Assembly (NCBI GenBank): GCA_965215885.1
Contig: CBDCEW010000088.1
Location: 14,737-78,736 of the forward strand
Source of the DNA: Candidatus Moanibacter sp.
GTDB taxonomy: Bacteria > Verrucomicrobiota > Verrucomicrobiia > Opitutales > UBA2987
DNA: 64,000 bases
Reading direction: 5' to 3'
Shown here: positions 18,642 to 28,001 of the stretch, one piece after another
Layout of the letters: each line of letters starts with the position of its first letter
Numbering within the stretch: position 1 is the stretch's first letter
Translations under genes and position numbers: made by a program
Notes under the pieces: generated by a model
Seen by the model: the letters and a program-made list of their open reading frames with translations, nothing else
Told to the model about the DNA's origin: nothing
The model's database searches: none

Positions 18642-19352
18642 CTACGAATACGGCGGGGAGTTGCGAGTGGATCTTTTGACTGTAAATAGCCGTTTCATCC
18701 AACTGAAGGCGGAGCGGATGAGGTTAAAGAATCGCAGGGCACGGGGATTGTAGTCTTTGGTCGAGGTTAAGAGGAGGAGCCTGCAACCGGATTCGGAATA
18801 TGTGATGCCGTGCTCGCTCCCCGCTTCAGCTTGGAAAAAATCGCCTGCCTTCAGGAGACGGCCTTCCATATAGAGATCTCCTGACAATAAGAACCCTTCT
18901 TCCGGTCCCGCGTGATGATGGCGGGGGTACTCCGTGTTTGGATCGAGCTCAACGAGCATAACGGAATAGCCTCGAGTTGGCTGCAAAGAGAGTTCTTTTA
19001 TGCGAGCGCCTTTTGAAGGGAGTTCCTGCCAGTTTCCTTCGCTCTCCATCGTGAATGAGAAGCCTTTGGCGACAGACGCCTCCAGAAACTGTTCAATCCG
19101 TTCGCTCTCTGGGATCTCCGTCTCGGAAATACTGATAGACCGGAGGAGATTCTCCTTTATCTCCGGAGAGGGCGCGTGCGACGGCAAGTCGTCCGTTATG
19201 ATCAGGGAAAGGGTATCGTGAAATGAGGCCAGTTCCCGCTTTTCTTCGGAAGTGGCTCCGGACAGATAGGTTTCGAAATCCTCGAGATCGGGACCATCCA
19301 GTGCTCCAACAGCATATAGTGGAGCGAGTTCTGAGAATCTATCAGTATTCAT
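18642..19352 (-). CDS. Anti-sigma factor with C-terminal cupin domain (ChrR-like architecture, no TM segment)
   Basis: The N-terminus LAPLYAVGALDGPDLEDFETYLSG is typical of anti-sigma domains. The C-terminus YPRHHHAGPEEGFLLSGDL...GSEHG is a cupin metal-site pattern. The gene starts 13 nt after the sigma gene stop. Confidence 0.7.
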   Translation of the reverse strand: MNTDRFSELAPLYAVGALDGPDLEDFETYLSGATSEEKRELASFHDTLSLIITDDLPSHAPSPEIKENLLRSISISETEIPESERIEQFLEASVAKGFSFTMESEGNWQELPSKGARIKELSLQPTRGYSVMLVELDPNTEYPRHHHAGPEEGFLLSGDLYMEGRLLKAGDFFQAEAGSEHGITYSESGCRLLLLTSTKDYNPRALRFFNLIRSAFSWMKRLFTVKRSTRNSPPYS

Positions 19353-19364
19353 CGAGAAAGGACT

Positions 19365-20105
19365 TCAACTGTCGTCTTCCTTTTCTTCTAAGAGAATGCG
19401 GAGTTGAATCATACCGCGACGGATTCTGGCCTTGATCGTTCCGAGGGGTTGATGGAGGTCGCGGGCCACTTCGGATTGAGTAAGTCCCTTAAAGAAGGCG
19501 AGTTCAATGGCCTGTCGTTGTTCGTCCGGCAAATGGTTGAGGGACGCTCGCACGGTGAAAGCGGTTTCCATTGAAATTGCGAGATCGACCGAGCTTGCTA
19601 CAGCTCTTTCGCCAAGACCGGGTTCTAAGAGAATCTCCCGAGCGATCCGGCCCCTTCGACCCGAGGCTCGCAGAATGTCGATCGATTTGTTACGGGTTAA
19701 GGTCGAGACCCAACTCTTGGGTTTTCCGAGGTTCGAATCGTAATTTTTCGCGCCATTCCAGATTTTCAGGAATACTTCCTGAAGGACGTCTTCGGCGTCG
19801 TTCTCGTTTCTGAGAATGGAGTAAGCGATGTTGTAAACCGCACTCGAGAATCGGTTATAGAACCTCGAGAAGGCGGCTGGGCTACGATTCGCGACGGACC
19901 TGAGCAGCTCAACATCGCTCGTCTCCCCCTCTGATTCAGCGGCCTGCATTTCACGCGCGGTCGGCCATAAGTCCGGATAGTCGGAAACAAACCGACTTAC
20001 TGCAGAGAGGCGACTGAAAGCATCTTGTGATGTGGAGAGTTGCATCGGACTAAGGAATTCAGATTCCTCGAAAAGAGAACGCCCCGAAAGCCGATCCAGA
20101 TGCAA
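19365..20105 (-). CDS. ECF-type RNA polymerase sigma factor (sigma-70 family group 4)
   Basis: Region 2 is DAEDVLQEVFLKIWNGAKNYD and region 4 is LTQSEVARDLHQPLGTIKARIRRG. The true start is probably an internal Met, for example at 20045. Confidence 0.85.
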   Translation of the reverse strand: MHLDRLSGRSLFEESEFLSPMQLSTSQDAFSRLSAVSRFVSDYPDLWPTAREMQAAESEGETSDVELLRSVANRSPAAFSRFYNRFSSAVYNIAYSILRNENDAEDVLQEVFLKIWNGAKNYDSNLGKPKSWVSTLTRNKSIDILRASGRRGRIAREILLEPGLGERAVASSVDLAISMETAFTVRASLNHLPDEQRQAIELAFFKGLTQSEVARDLHQPLGTIKARIRRGMIQLRILLEEKEDDS

Positions 20106-20143
20106 TTTGGAGAAATTTGAAGCATTAGATTATTTCGAGGCAT

Positions 20144-20173
20144 GCAACTTCGAATGTGCGCCGTATATCTGAT
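20144..20173 (+). promoter_or_regulatory. Candidate ECF-type promoter GCAACTT-N17-TCTGAT facing the DUF4331 operon
   Basis: The sequence resembles the RpoE-type GGAACTT-N16/17-TCTGA consensus. It lies in the 130-nt divergent intergenic region. Confidence 0.3.
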
Positions 20174-20268
20174 GAGTAAAACGTTTGGCGATTTAGTGTG
20201 TGAGGGTAAGAGAAGTGAGAAACAAAAACGGGTAAATGTGCCAAAGGGCACCAAACAAGATAATGTTA

Positions 20269-22551
20269 ATGAAAATCATCTCCTCAAGGAAGACAAAGTG
20301 TATTTCGGTCGCAATTCTATTATGCCTCAATGGCGTAGCGCTGTTCGGCTCGAGCCATCGGGAAGCGCCTCTCATAACGACAACTCCAAAAGTGGATGGA
20401 ACGGACTTATATATGTTTACCAGTTATGAGACCGGCAGGGACAATTTTGTGACGTTGATTGCCAATTATATGCCTCTTCAGGATCCGGGTGGCGGTCCCA
20501 ATTATTTCACATTGGATGATGAGGCGGTTTATGAGATCCACATCGATAATAGCGGCGATGCAGTGGAGAATATTACTTTCCAATTTCAATTTACGAATAC
20601 GAATCGCGCGATCTCCCTGGACATCGGTGAACTATCCGTTGCGGTTCCTGTGATCAATGTAGGGGCTATCACAGCAGGCGACAATGCGTCGTTGAATGTC
20701 GATGAGACTTTCACTCTGAAATATATCTCGGGACCAAGACGAACCGGAACAGCATCTGACGTATCAAACGCTGCCTCCGGGTCTACCGTGTTTACGAAAC
20801 CGGTGGACAACATCGGAAATAAATCGATTCCCGACTACGAGAGCTACGCGGATCAGTATATTTATGAGATTGACATACCCGGATGTGCGACCGAGGGGCG
20901 CATGTTTGTCGGTCAGCGCAAAGAACCATTTGTCGTTAATCTCGGTGAGACTTTCGATCTGGTAAACTACCGGAATCCGTTCGGAGCGGTAAATGCCGCT
21001 GAAGACAGCCTTAGGGGCAAAAACATCACGTCCTTCATTCTGGAAGTGTCTAAGGATTGTCTCATGGGGAGCGGTGGTTCCGTTATCGCGGGTTGGACAA
21101 CCGCGAGCAGAATTGAAGGGGAAGATTTCTTCCAAGAATCACGACTTGGACAACCCCTTGTAAATGAAGTCGTTATCGGGCTACCCGACAAGGACTCCTT
21201 CAATGCCAGTGAGCCTAAGGACGATGGGCAGTTCGCCGATTACGTGACGCATCCAACCCTTCCTGCGATTATTGAAATTCTGTATGGGGCGGCTGGGGTG
21301 CGTGCGCCGACTCTATTTCCGAGGCAGGATCTGGTGGATGTCTTCCTGACCGGTCTGGCCGGCCTCAACGCTGACGGAGGTGTCGCCGAGTTACTCCGGT
21401 TAAATATGGATACACCGCCGGTAGCGGCGTCGGCTCAGAATAATATGGGAGTAATCGCAGGTGATAGTGCAGGTTTTCCCAATGGCCGCCGGCCTGGGGA
21501 TGATGTCGTGGACATCGCGCTACGGGTGGTAATGGGTGTTCTTCTTTCGGAGGATGATGCACCCTCCGGACAGCTCCTGTTCACGGATGGAGCCTGGATC
21601 AACGCCTCCATGTATGCCGACGAATTTCCATACTTGAACACGCCATTGGCGGGATCTCCGAATCCGGTGCCGGATGGCGGAGGATCAAACCTGCGCGTGG
21701 ACGGAGACGCTTTCTTTGTCAACGATGGGACCACTTTCCAGGGAAATACCTACAATGGATTTGAGTTGAGTGGAAGCCAGGCTTCGTTCTCGTCTGTTGG
21801 GGGCGAAATTACCCGCGTCTCATACCTTGATCCGGATGGGGATCTCATTTTTGTGGAATTCGGAAGTGAAGATCCAGGAACGACGCTGACGGTTAACCTT
21901 GCCAACGCACAGGAAGATGTGGCGTCGCCATATAACCAGCCCGACGTAACCTATACCCAAGGTTTGGCCTCATTTACAATCAACAATCCAACCGACCTGA
22001 CATTCTTCTCAATATTCTCCCTGGGTAATGATTCCGATCGGGTGGATCTCACGCTGATTAATGATGACACATTCACGGGAAACGTGGATGGCATAGCGGA
22101 TGTAAAGCTGCTATCGGTACTGGGTGATGAAGGCGGCAGTAGTGAAATTGCTGGAATTAATGCCGCAAATGCAAACTTCATAGACTCATCCGGGATAATA
22201 GGCATCGACGCGGAAGATGTCGCGGTGACCGACTTCCTTTTCATAGGTGATCTTACCCGCTCGGACGACGCCCGACCCCGGATTCGTGTGAGCGCGGACT
22301 CAACCATCGATGAGATTCGCATTTCCGGGGGCGATTTGGCGGAGGCGAGAGGAAGCCGCCAAATCGATACGAACGGTGTCGTCTATGCGTGCCCGTTTAA
22401 TGCTGCTGATGGGCAGCGCTCGATTAGCGATAGGCCACTTCGAGAAGATCTGGGGGATGGCGCTTTGCGCGCGGTGACCGACACATTCGCCGAAGGGGTG
22501 AATTTCTTCTTCATAACCAACGGTCAAACAGGAGGGGTTTCCGATGATTAG
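20269..22551 (+). CDS. Secreted DUF4331-family protein with about 270-aa C-terminal extension
   Basis: The ORF track lists 20236-22551. The signal peptide MKIISSRKTKCISVAILLCLNGVALFG is followed by SSHREAPLITTTPKVDGTDLYMF, the hallmark DUF4331 N-terminus. Confidence 0.75.
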   Translation: MKIISSRKTKCISVAILLCLNGVALFGSSHREAPLITTTPKVDGTDLYMFTSYETGRDNFVTLIANYMPLQDPGGGPNYFTLDDEAVYEIHIDNSGDAVENITFQFQFTNTNRAISLDIGELSVAVPVINVGAITAGDNASLNVDETFTLKYISGPRRTGTASDVSNAASGSTVFTKPVDNIGNKSIPDYESYADQYIYEIDIPGCATEGRMFVGQRKEPFVVNLGETFDLVNYRNPFGAVNAAEDSLRGKNITSFILEVSKDCLMGSGGSVIAGWTTASRIEGEDFFQESRLGQPLVNEVVIGLPDKDSFNASEPKDDGQFADYVTHPTLPAIIEILYGAAGVRAPTLFPRQDLVDVFLTGLAGLNADGGVAELLRLNMDTPPVAASAQNNMGVIAGDSAGFPNGRRPGDDVVDIALRVVMGVLLSEDDAPSGQLLFTDGAWINASMYADEFPYLNTPLAGSPNPVPDGGGSNLRVDGDAFFVNDGTTFQGNTYNGFELSGSQASFSSVGGEITRVSYLDPDGDLIFVEFGSEDPGTTLTVNLANAQEDVASPYNQPDVTYTQGLASFTINNPTDLTFFSIFSLGNDSDRVDLTLINDDTFTGNVDGIADVKLLSVLGDEGGSSEIAGINAANANFIDSSGIIGIDAEDVAVTDFLFIGDLTRSDDARPRIRVSADSTIDEIRISGGDLAEARGSRQIDTNGVVYACPFNAADGQRSISDRPLREDLGDGALRAVTDTFAEGVNFFFITNGQTGGVSDD

Positions 22552-22627
22552 GTCAGAAATGGTAATGAGAAACTATTCAGGAATGAAGCCGAATTTGAAA
22601 ATGAACACATCAGGATCGATTAGAAAC

Positions 22628-24037
22628 ATGAAAATTAGAATCCTTCTTCAGACATTGCTCGCCGGTACGCTAATTCATACGCTGGCCGTGACTGGATCGA
22701 AGCTAAATGCATCCAGTCATCGTGAAGCTCCGCTAATCACGAAGTCTCCCAAGGTCGATGGTACCGACTTCTACATGTTCAGCAGCTATGAGACGGGACG
22801 GGAGAATTTCGTTACTCTCATCGCAAACTACATTCCGCTGCAGGATCCGGGTGGAGGCCCGAATTACTTCACCCTCGCTTCTGATGCCGCCTATGAGATC
22901 CATATCGATAATGACGGCGATGCGATCGAGGATATGACATTCCAGTTTCAGGCTACGAATACGAATCGCAACATCTCCCTTGAAATCGGTGCTCCGGGTG
23001 AGACGAAAATGATGCCGGTCCCGGTGATCAACGTAGGAGCGATTACGGCGTCGGACAATGCTTCCCTCAATGTCGATGAAACCTATACGCTCAATATCAT
23101 CCGAGGTCCCCGTCGCACGGGCACGGTGGAGAGTGTGACTAACGCCGCGGATGGGTCGAGTGTCTTCACGAAACCGGTTGATAATGTTGGAAACAAATCG
23201 CTGCCCGACTACGAATCCTACGCAGATTCCTATATGTATTCCGTCAATATTCCGGGATGTTCCGAAGTGGGTAGGGTATTTGTCGGCCAGCGGAAAGACC
23301 CTTTTGTTGTCAACCTCGGTGAGACGTTTGACTTGATTAACTACAGCGATCCGCTCGGCGACGTTGATCGCGGGCAGGACACTCTGGCAGGAAAGAACGT
23401 GACATCATTTATTCTCGAGGTAGCCAACGCTTGTCTTGTTTCACAGAATTCGATCATTGCGGGTTGGACGACTGCCAGCCGAATCGAGGATGGAGCGTTC
23501 ACGCAGGTTTCGCGCCTCGGACAGCCCCTGGTCAATGAGGTTGTAATCGGAGTTCCCGATAAGGACGCCTTCAACGGCAGCGAGCCGATGGATGATGGAC
23601 AGTTTGCCAATTACGTCACCAATCCCACACTCTCGGCTATCATCGAGATATTGTTTTCGGGGGCCGGTGTTCAGGCGCCGACATCGTTACCACGCAATGA
23701 TCTCGTCGAGGTCTTCCTTACCGGATTGACCGATTTGAACGCGGACGGAAGTGTTGCTGAAGTGCTTCGTCTGAATACCGATACCGCGCCCGCAGCGGCC
23801 TCCTCCCAGAATAATATGGGAGTGATCGGCGGTGATGTCGCCGGATTTCCGAACGGGCGTCGTCCGGGAGATGACGTCGTCGACATTGCGCTCCGAGTAG
23901 TGATGGGGGTCCTGCTCTCGGCCGAAGACGCCCCCTCGGGTCAACTGCCTTTTACAGATGGCGCTTTCGTCAATGCGGATATGTTTGGGGAGACATTTCC
24001 CTATCTCAATTCTCCATTGCCCGGTTCGCCGCAGTGA
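22628..24037 (+). CDS. Secreted DUF4331-family protein (tandem paralogue)
   Basis: The ORF track lists 22544-24037. The signal peptide MKIRILLQTLLAGTLIHTLA is followed by SSHREAPLITKSPKVDGTDFYMF. It is highly similar to the upstream gene over about 470 aa. Confidence 0.75.
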   Translation: MKIRILLQTLLAGTLIHTLAVTGSKLNASSHREAPLITKSPKVDGTDFYMFSSYETGRENFVTLIANYIPLQDPGGGPNYFTLASDAAYEIHIDNDGDAIEDMTFQFQATNTNRNISLEIGAPGETKMMPVPVINVGAITASDNASLNVDETYTLNIIRGPRRTGTVESVTNAADGSSVFTKPVDNVGNKSLPDYESYADSYMYSVNIPGCSEVGRVFVGQRKDPFVVNLGETFDLINYSDPLGDVDRGQDTLAGKNVTSFILEVANACLVSQNSIIAGWTTASRIEDGAFTQVSRLGQPLVNEVVIGVPDKDAFNGSEPMDDGQFANYVTNPTLSAIIEILFSGAGVQAPTSLPRNDLVEVFLTGLTDLNADGSVAEVLRLNTDTAPAAASSQNNMGVIGGDVAGFPNGRRPGDDVVDIALRVVMGVLLSAEDAPSGQLPFTDGAFVNADMFGETFPYLNSPLPGSPQ

Positions 24038-24265
24038 AGGAGAGTGATTACCTACAGACACTGGAACAGAGTAGAGCGGCGAATAGGAAAGGGCGGATGC
24101 AATCAGCTCTTACTATTCGCCGCGTCTCTTGGTAATCCAGTAAGTAAGAACGACCAGGTAAGCCGAGACATTCCGGCATCCTTCCCTGGAGGACGAACCC
24201 ACCACGCCCCTCCTTCTTCTCAAGGCTTCGCCGATAGTTACCGGGCACTTTCCCAGGAGTGCCAA

Positions 24266-24353
24266 CCCACCCCTGGCCCCTCCCAGGAGGGGATCTTTTC
24301 ACTTCGGAACTCTTTGTTCAGGTTCCCCTCCTGTGGAGGGGTCAGGGGTGGGT
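24266..24353. repeat. Inverted-repeat element in the DUF4331-TPR intergenic spacer
   Basis: cccacccctggcccctcc (24266-24283) pairs with ggaggggtcaggggtggg (24336-24353). There are also internal hairpins cccctcccaggagggg and cccctcctgtggagggg. Confidence 0.7.
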
Positions 24354-25380
24354 CCTTAACAGGCCAGTTTTCGCATTCAAGCAGGGTTAAACACTCGCGA
24401 GTGAACTCGCTATGCCCTACGGCAGAGAGATTACTGATTAGAATCTCCTCTATTCTGCCCGGCCTGCTTATCATCCTTTTTCCTGGAGATTTATTGAGTG
24501 AACCTTATCTCCCGGCGGATGACAGTGTGGTTTTGGAGCAGCTCTCCGGTGCCAGTAAATCTTCTGGCGAAGCCGGTGTGTTGAAAGAATTGCGGGCTCG
24601 TTTGCGGGAGAACCCCGAGCATCTCGGCTGGGCTTCCGAGTTGGCTCAGCTCTACATAATCAAGGGCCGTCGTGATTCCGATCCACGGTATTTGGGGTTC
24701 GCCCAGGCGGCGCTGCTCCCATGGTGGGAATTGCCGAATCCTCCCGTTCCAATCCTCGTGTTGCGCGCCACCATCCGGCAGAGCGATCACCGATTCGAGA
24801 GCGCTCTAGCCGATCTCTCGCTGGCCCTCAAGCACGAGCCCGATAATGTGCAGGCGCTTTTGACAAGAGCGACAATTCTACAGGTACAAGGAAATTACCG
24901 TGAAGCCAGGAATGCTTGTCTGCCCCTTTTCCGGGTCGCGAATCAGCTGGTTGCAGTGACTTGTGCGAGTAGTATTGGCAGTCTGATCGGCGAAGCCGAA
25001 AAATGCTATGATTTGCTGAATCGCACTCTATCAGGTTTTGGGAATGCCTCTGTCGAGGAGAGAGTGTGGGCGCTGACTCTCCTGGCGGAAATAGCGGCTC
25101 GACTCGGTCGGTCAGAAGAGGCAGAAGAGCATTTCCACGACGCGCTCGCCCTTAACCATCGCGACAGCTACCTGTTTGGCGCATACGCGGACTTTCTTCT
25201 CGACGAAGGGCGATCGACTGAAGTGTTGAGTCTCCTGCGAAACGAAATTCGCGCGGATGGTCTATTTCTGAGATATACCCTCGCGGAAGAAAATGTTGAA
25301 TCCGAAGAGGAATTAATCACGCGGGATATCGAATCGCTGGGTGCCCGCTTCGAGGCAAGTCGTCATCGAGGATCCAATTT

Positions 25381-27756
25381 CAGAACTCGCTATCATGCGG
25401 GTTGGCGGGCAGGGGGCAATCGCAGATACAATTCCCGGCTTTTAAGAGCTAAAGAAAACGGTAGGCTTCATCTTCGAACCATCAAATTCGAAGAAAAATG
25501 GAGAAACCTACCGTCAAAGAAGAGACCTTCTTACAGTGCATCCTTGGAGTGGACAAGGGTAATCCCTCGATCACGGTCTATCGGGATCTGAGGAAAGGCA
25601 AACTGCACGTCTATTACGGGCATGAGCTTTTTGAAGTCGTAGAGGACGATCGGGAGCAAGTTGAATTCAAGCTATTGGAGGGGCGCCTCTACAATGCGGG
25701 GGTTGAAGAAAGGGCGCTTAGAGAAGCAATTTGAGGTTGACCCCAAAACGATGAAGCGGTGGGGGGAGGCGCTTCAAAGCGGAGATGCCGAGACCTTAGC
25801 GCGAGTGCTGGCGGGACGCAGCGCTCATCGCAAATTGACGAGGGAAATCCGGAGTTTTGTGCGGGTGCGCTTCGGGCAGATCTATGGGGAGAGTCGGTAT
25901 GGCTACAGCAAGAAGATACGGGGGGAGATCGAGGAGGTGTTCGGAGTTAACCTCAGTGGGGAAACTTTGCGCCCTGTCTTTAAGGAGCTTAAAGAGGCCC
26001 GGGCAAAGGAGGCCGAAGCCGAGAGGGCGCAAAATCGGGGAGACTCCCTGGGATTGCCCGGAGGACTCGGGGAGGGACGAACAGGAGCAAGAAGCAGAAA
26101 ATAGCCCCGAAAGCGAAGGGGACAATCGCAAGGGGTCTCCCGATTTTTCGAGGGAGAGATCCGAAGCGGTGCAATGGTATCGGCACCTGGGAGTACTTCT
26201 GTTCAGTGCCGCGCTCAGAGAAGTCGCTCAGATTGATCGCGAAGAGGGCTGGCTTTTGAAACAATGGGTGGCTTGCGGGTTGTTGGCCGCGGTCAATATC
26301 GAGCAGAGCAAACTGCTCGATCTCGAAGACCTGCAAAAACTCATCGGGCGAGTCCTGTATACCCCCTATCTGCAACGCCAAAGCCTTAGCGCCCTGGCCG
26401 ATGAAGGGCTTTTAAGAGAGATCCTCAGAGTGAACGCGAGGGGCCTGAATGCTTCGGATGAAGAGAGCTTTTATTATGATCCGCACACCAAACATTACAC
26501 CGGAATGAGCAAGGTGCTGGCGGGATGGTGTCCGGGTATCCGTCTGGCCGACAAAGCGCTCCACAGCGATTTTATTCATACCCTCAAGGGCTATCCGGTC
26601 TATTTTGCGAGTACTGACAACTATGAGGATATAAGGGAACGGTTTATCCCCAACTGCGAAGCGATGCTCGAGCTGGTGCAGTTGCCGGCTGATAAGAAGG
26701 TGAGCATTTACGTGGACCGGGCGATCGCCGCGGAGTGGTTTTACGAAGCCATCGTGGAGCATCCTCAACTCGAAATCATTACCTGGGAAAAAGGTTACAA
26801 GGCCAGCGCCCAGCCCCTCCAACGGATCGACGGGCAGTTGCGCCTGCAGCGCGCGCGCAACCATGCCGAAGATCTCCAGGAGTATCATCTTCGCTATCAG
26901 CGGGGCCCCTGGAAGAAAAATCCTCAACTGGTGCAGTGGATCGTGGAGGCGACCAATCCAAAAAATCGAACCATTACCGTGAGCATCATGGCGACCGATC
27001 AGCAGGCCCGAAATGAAGAGGTAATCAAAGGGATGTTCAGTCGCTGGATTCAGGAGAATGACTTCAAATACCTCGATAAGCACTTTGGGATTAATCAGAT
27101 CACCTCTTATCGCACCGTCCACTACAAGCGATTAGCCCAACACCTTGAGGACAAGCAGGAGAAAAGCGGTGCCGCCAAAGCCCTCCTGAAGCAAAAACAG
27201 CAATGCACCGAAGAATTGAAAAGACTGCTCCTGGCCGAGCATGCCCACCCGGGCAAAAGCGCCTCAAGGGGCGAAAAGATCCGTCGACTCGATCAGGCCC
27301 TCAAAGCCCTCCAACTCGAACTGGAGCAAATCGACACCGAATGCTCGAGGCTGCAGCGCCTCATTGATGAAAACTATGTCCGCCTGGACACCGCTAACAA
27401 GTCCCTCATGGATGCCTTGAAAATCTTCGCCCGTAACAGCTTCTACAAGCAGCTCGAACCCTTTAAAGCTCGCTACAACAACTATCGTGACGACCACGAT
27501 CTGTTTCGCAATTTGACTCACTGTGACGGCGTTCTTATAGAGAGGGGCTGTGCGGTCGAAGCGCATTTATTCCCCACCGCAACTTATCCCCCTCGGGTGC
27601 AGGCGGTGGTGCTTGAGTATCTGCAAACTCTCAATCAGAAGCCCTTACTGATGCCCGACGGTTCAGGCCGAAGAATCATCTTCCGACTGGGCAAAAAATC
27701 GGGATTTAAACTTGCGATTGCATAGTGCCTTTAGAGGGGCAATATAGTGAGGTCTG
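25381..27756 (+). mobile_element. Insertion sequence (about 2.38 kb, family not assigned) with imperfect terminal IRs and a 5-bp AATTT target duplication
   Basis: The left end cagaactcgctat matches the reverse complement of the right end, cagacctcactat. AATTT occurs at 25376-25380 and again at 27757-27761. Removing the IS and one AATTT copy restores the TPR frame. Confidence 0.8.
25498..27725 (+). CDS. IS transposase, spread over three overlapping frames (25498-25734, 25661-26104, 25857-27725)
   Basis: The main ORF is 622 aa (FYYDPHTKHYTGMSKVLAGW, WIQENDFKYLDKHFGINQI, C-terminal coiled-coil). Two short upstream ORFs overlap it in the other two frames. The family was not recognised with confidence. 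Confidence 0.6.
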
Positions 27757-28001
27757 AATTTACACGGACGTTCGGAGGCCCGTTACCGGCTGCATCTGCG
27801 GAACGATCCTGGTGGGGCCCTCGAAATAGCCGTGCGCAACTGGCGAATTCAAAAGGAGCCACAGGACGCGCGCATTCTCCTGGAGTCGGCGCTGGCAGCC
27901 GGTGACATTGATGCCGCTGATCCCGTGGTGCGTTGGATTTCCGCCAATCGGTGGGAGGATGTCCGGTTGGAGAATCTAGTGAAAGAGCTCGAAAGTAAAC
28001 T

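Noticed and set aside
24044-24400. N-terminal 119 codons of the 515-aa ORF
   Set aside because: This stretch is Pro/Ser/Gly-rich and covers the inverted-repeat element at 24266-24353. The GTG at 24401 gives a normal signal peptide, so the extension is probably not translated.
26412-27122. 236-aa ORF on the minus strand
   Set aside because: It is antisense to the IS transposase ORF and no recognisable motifs are present.
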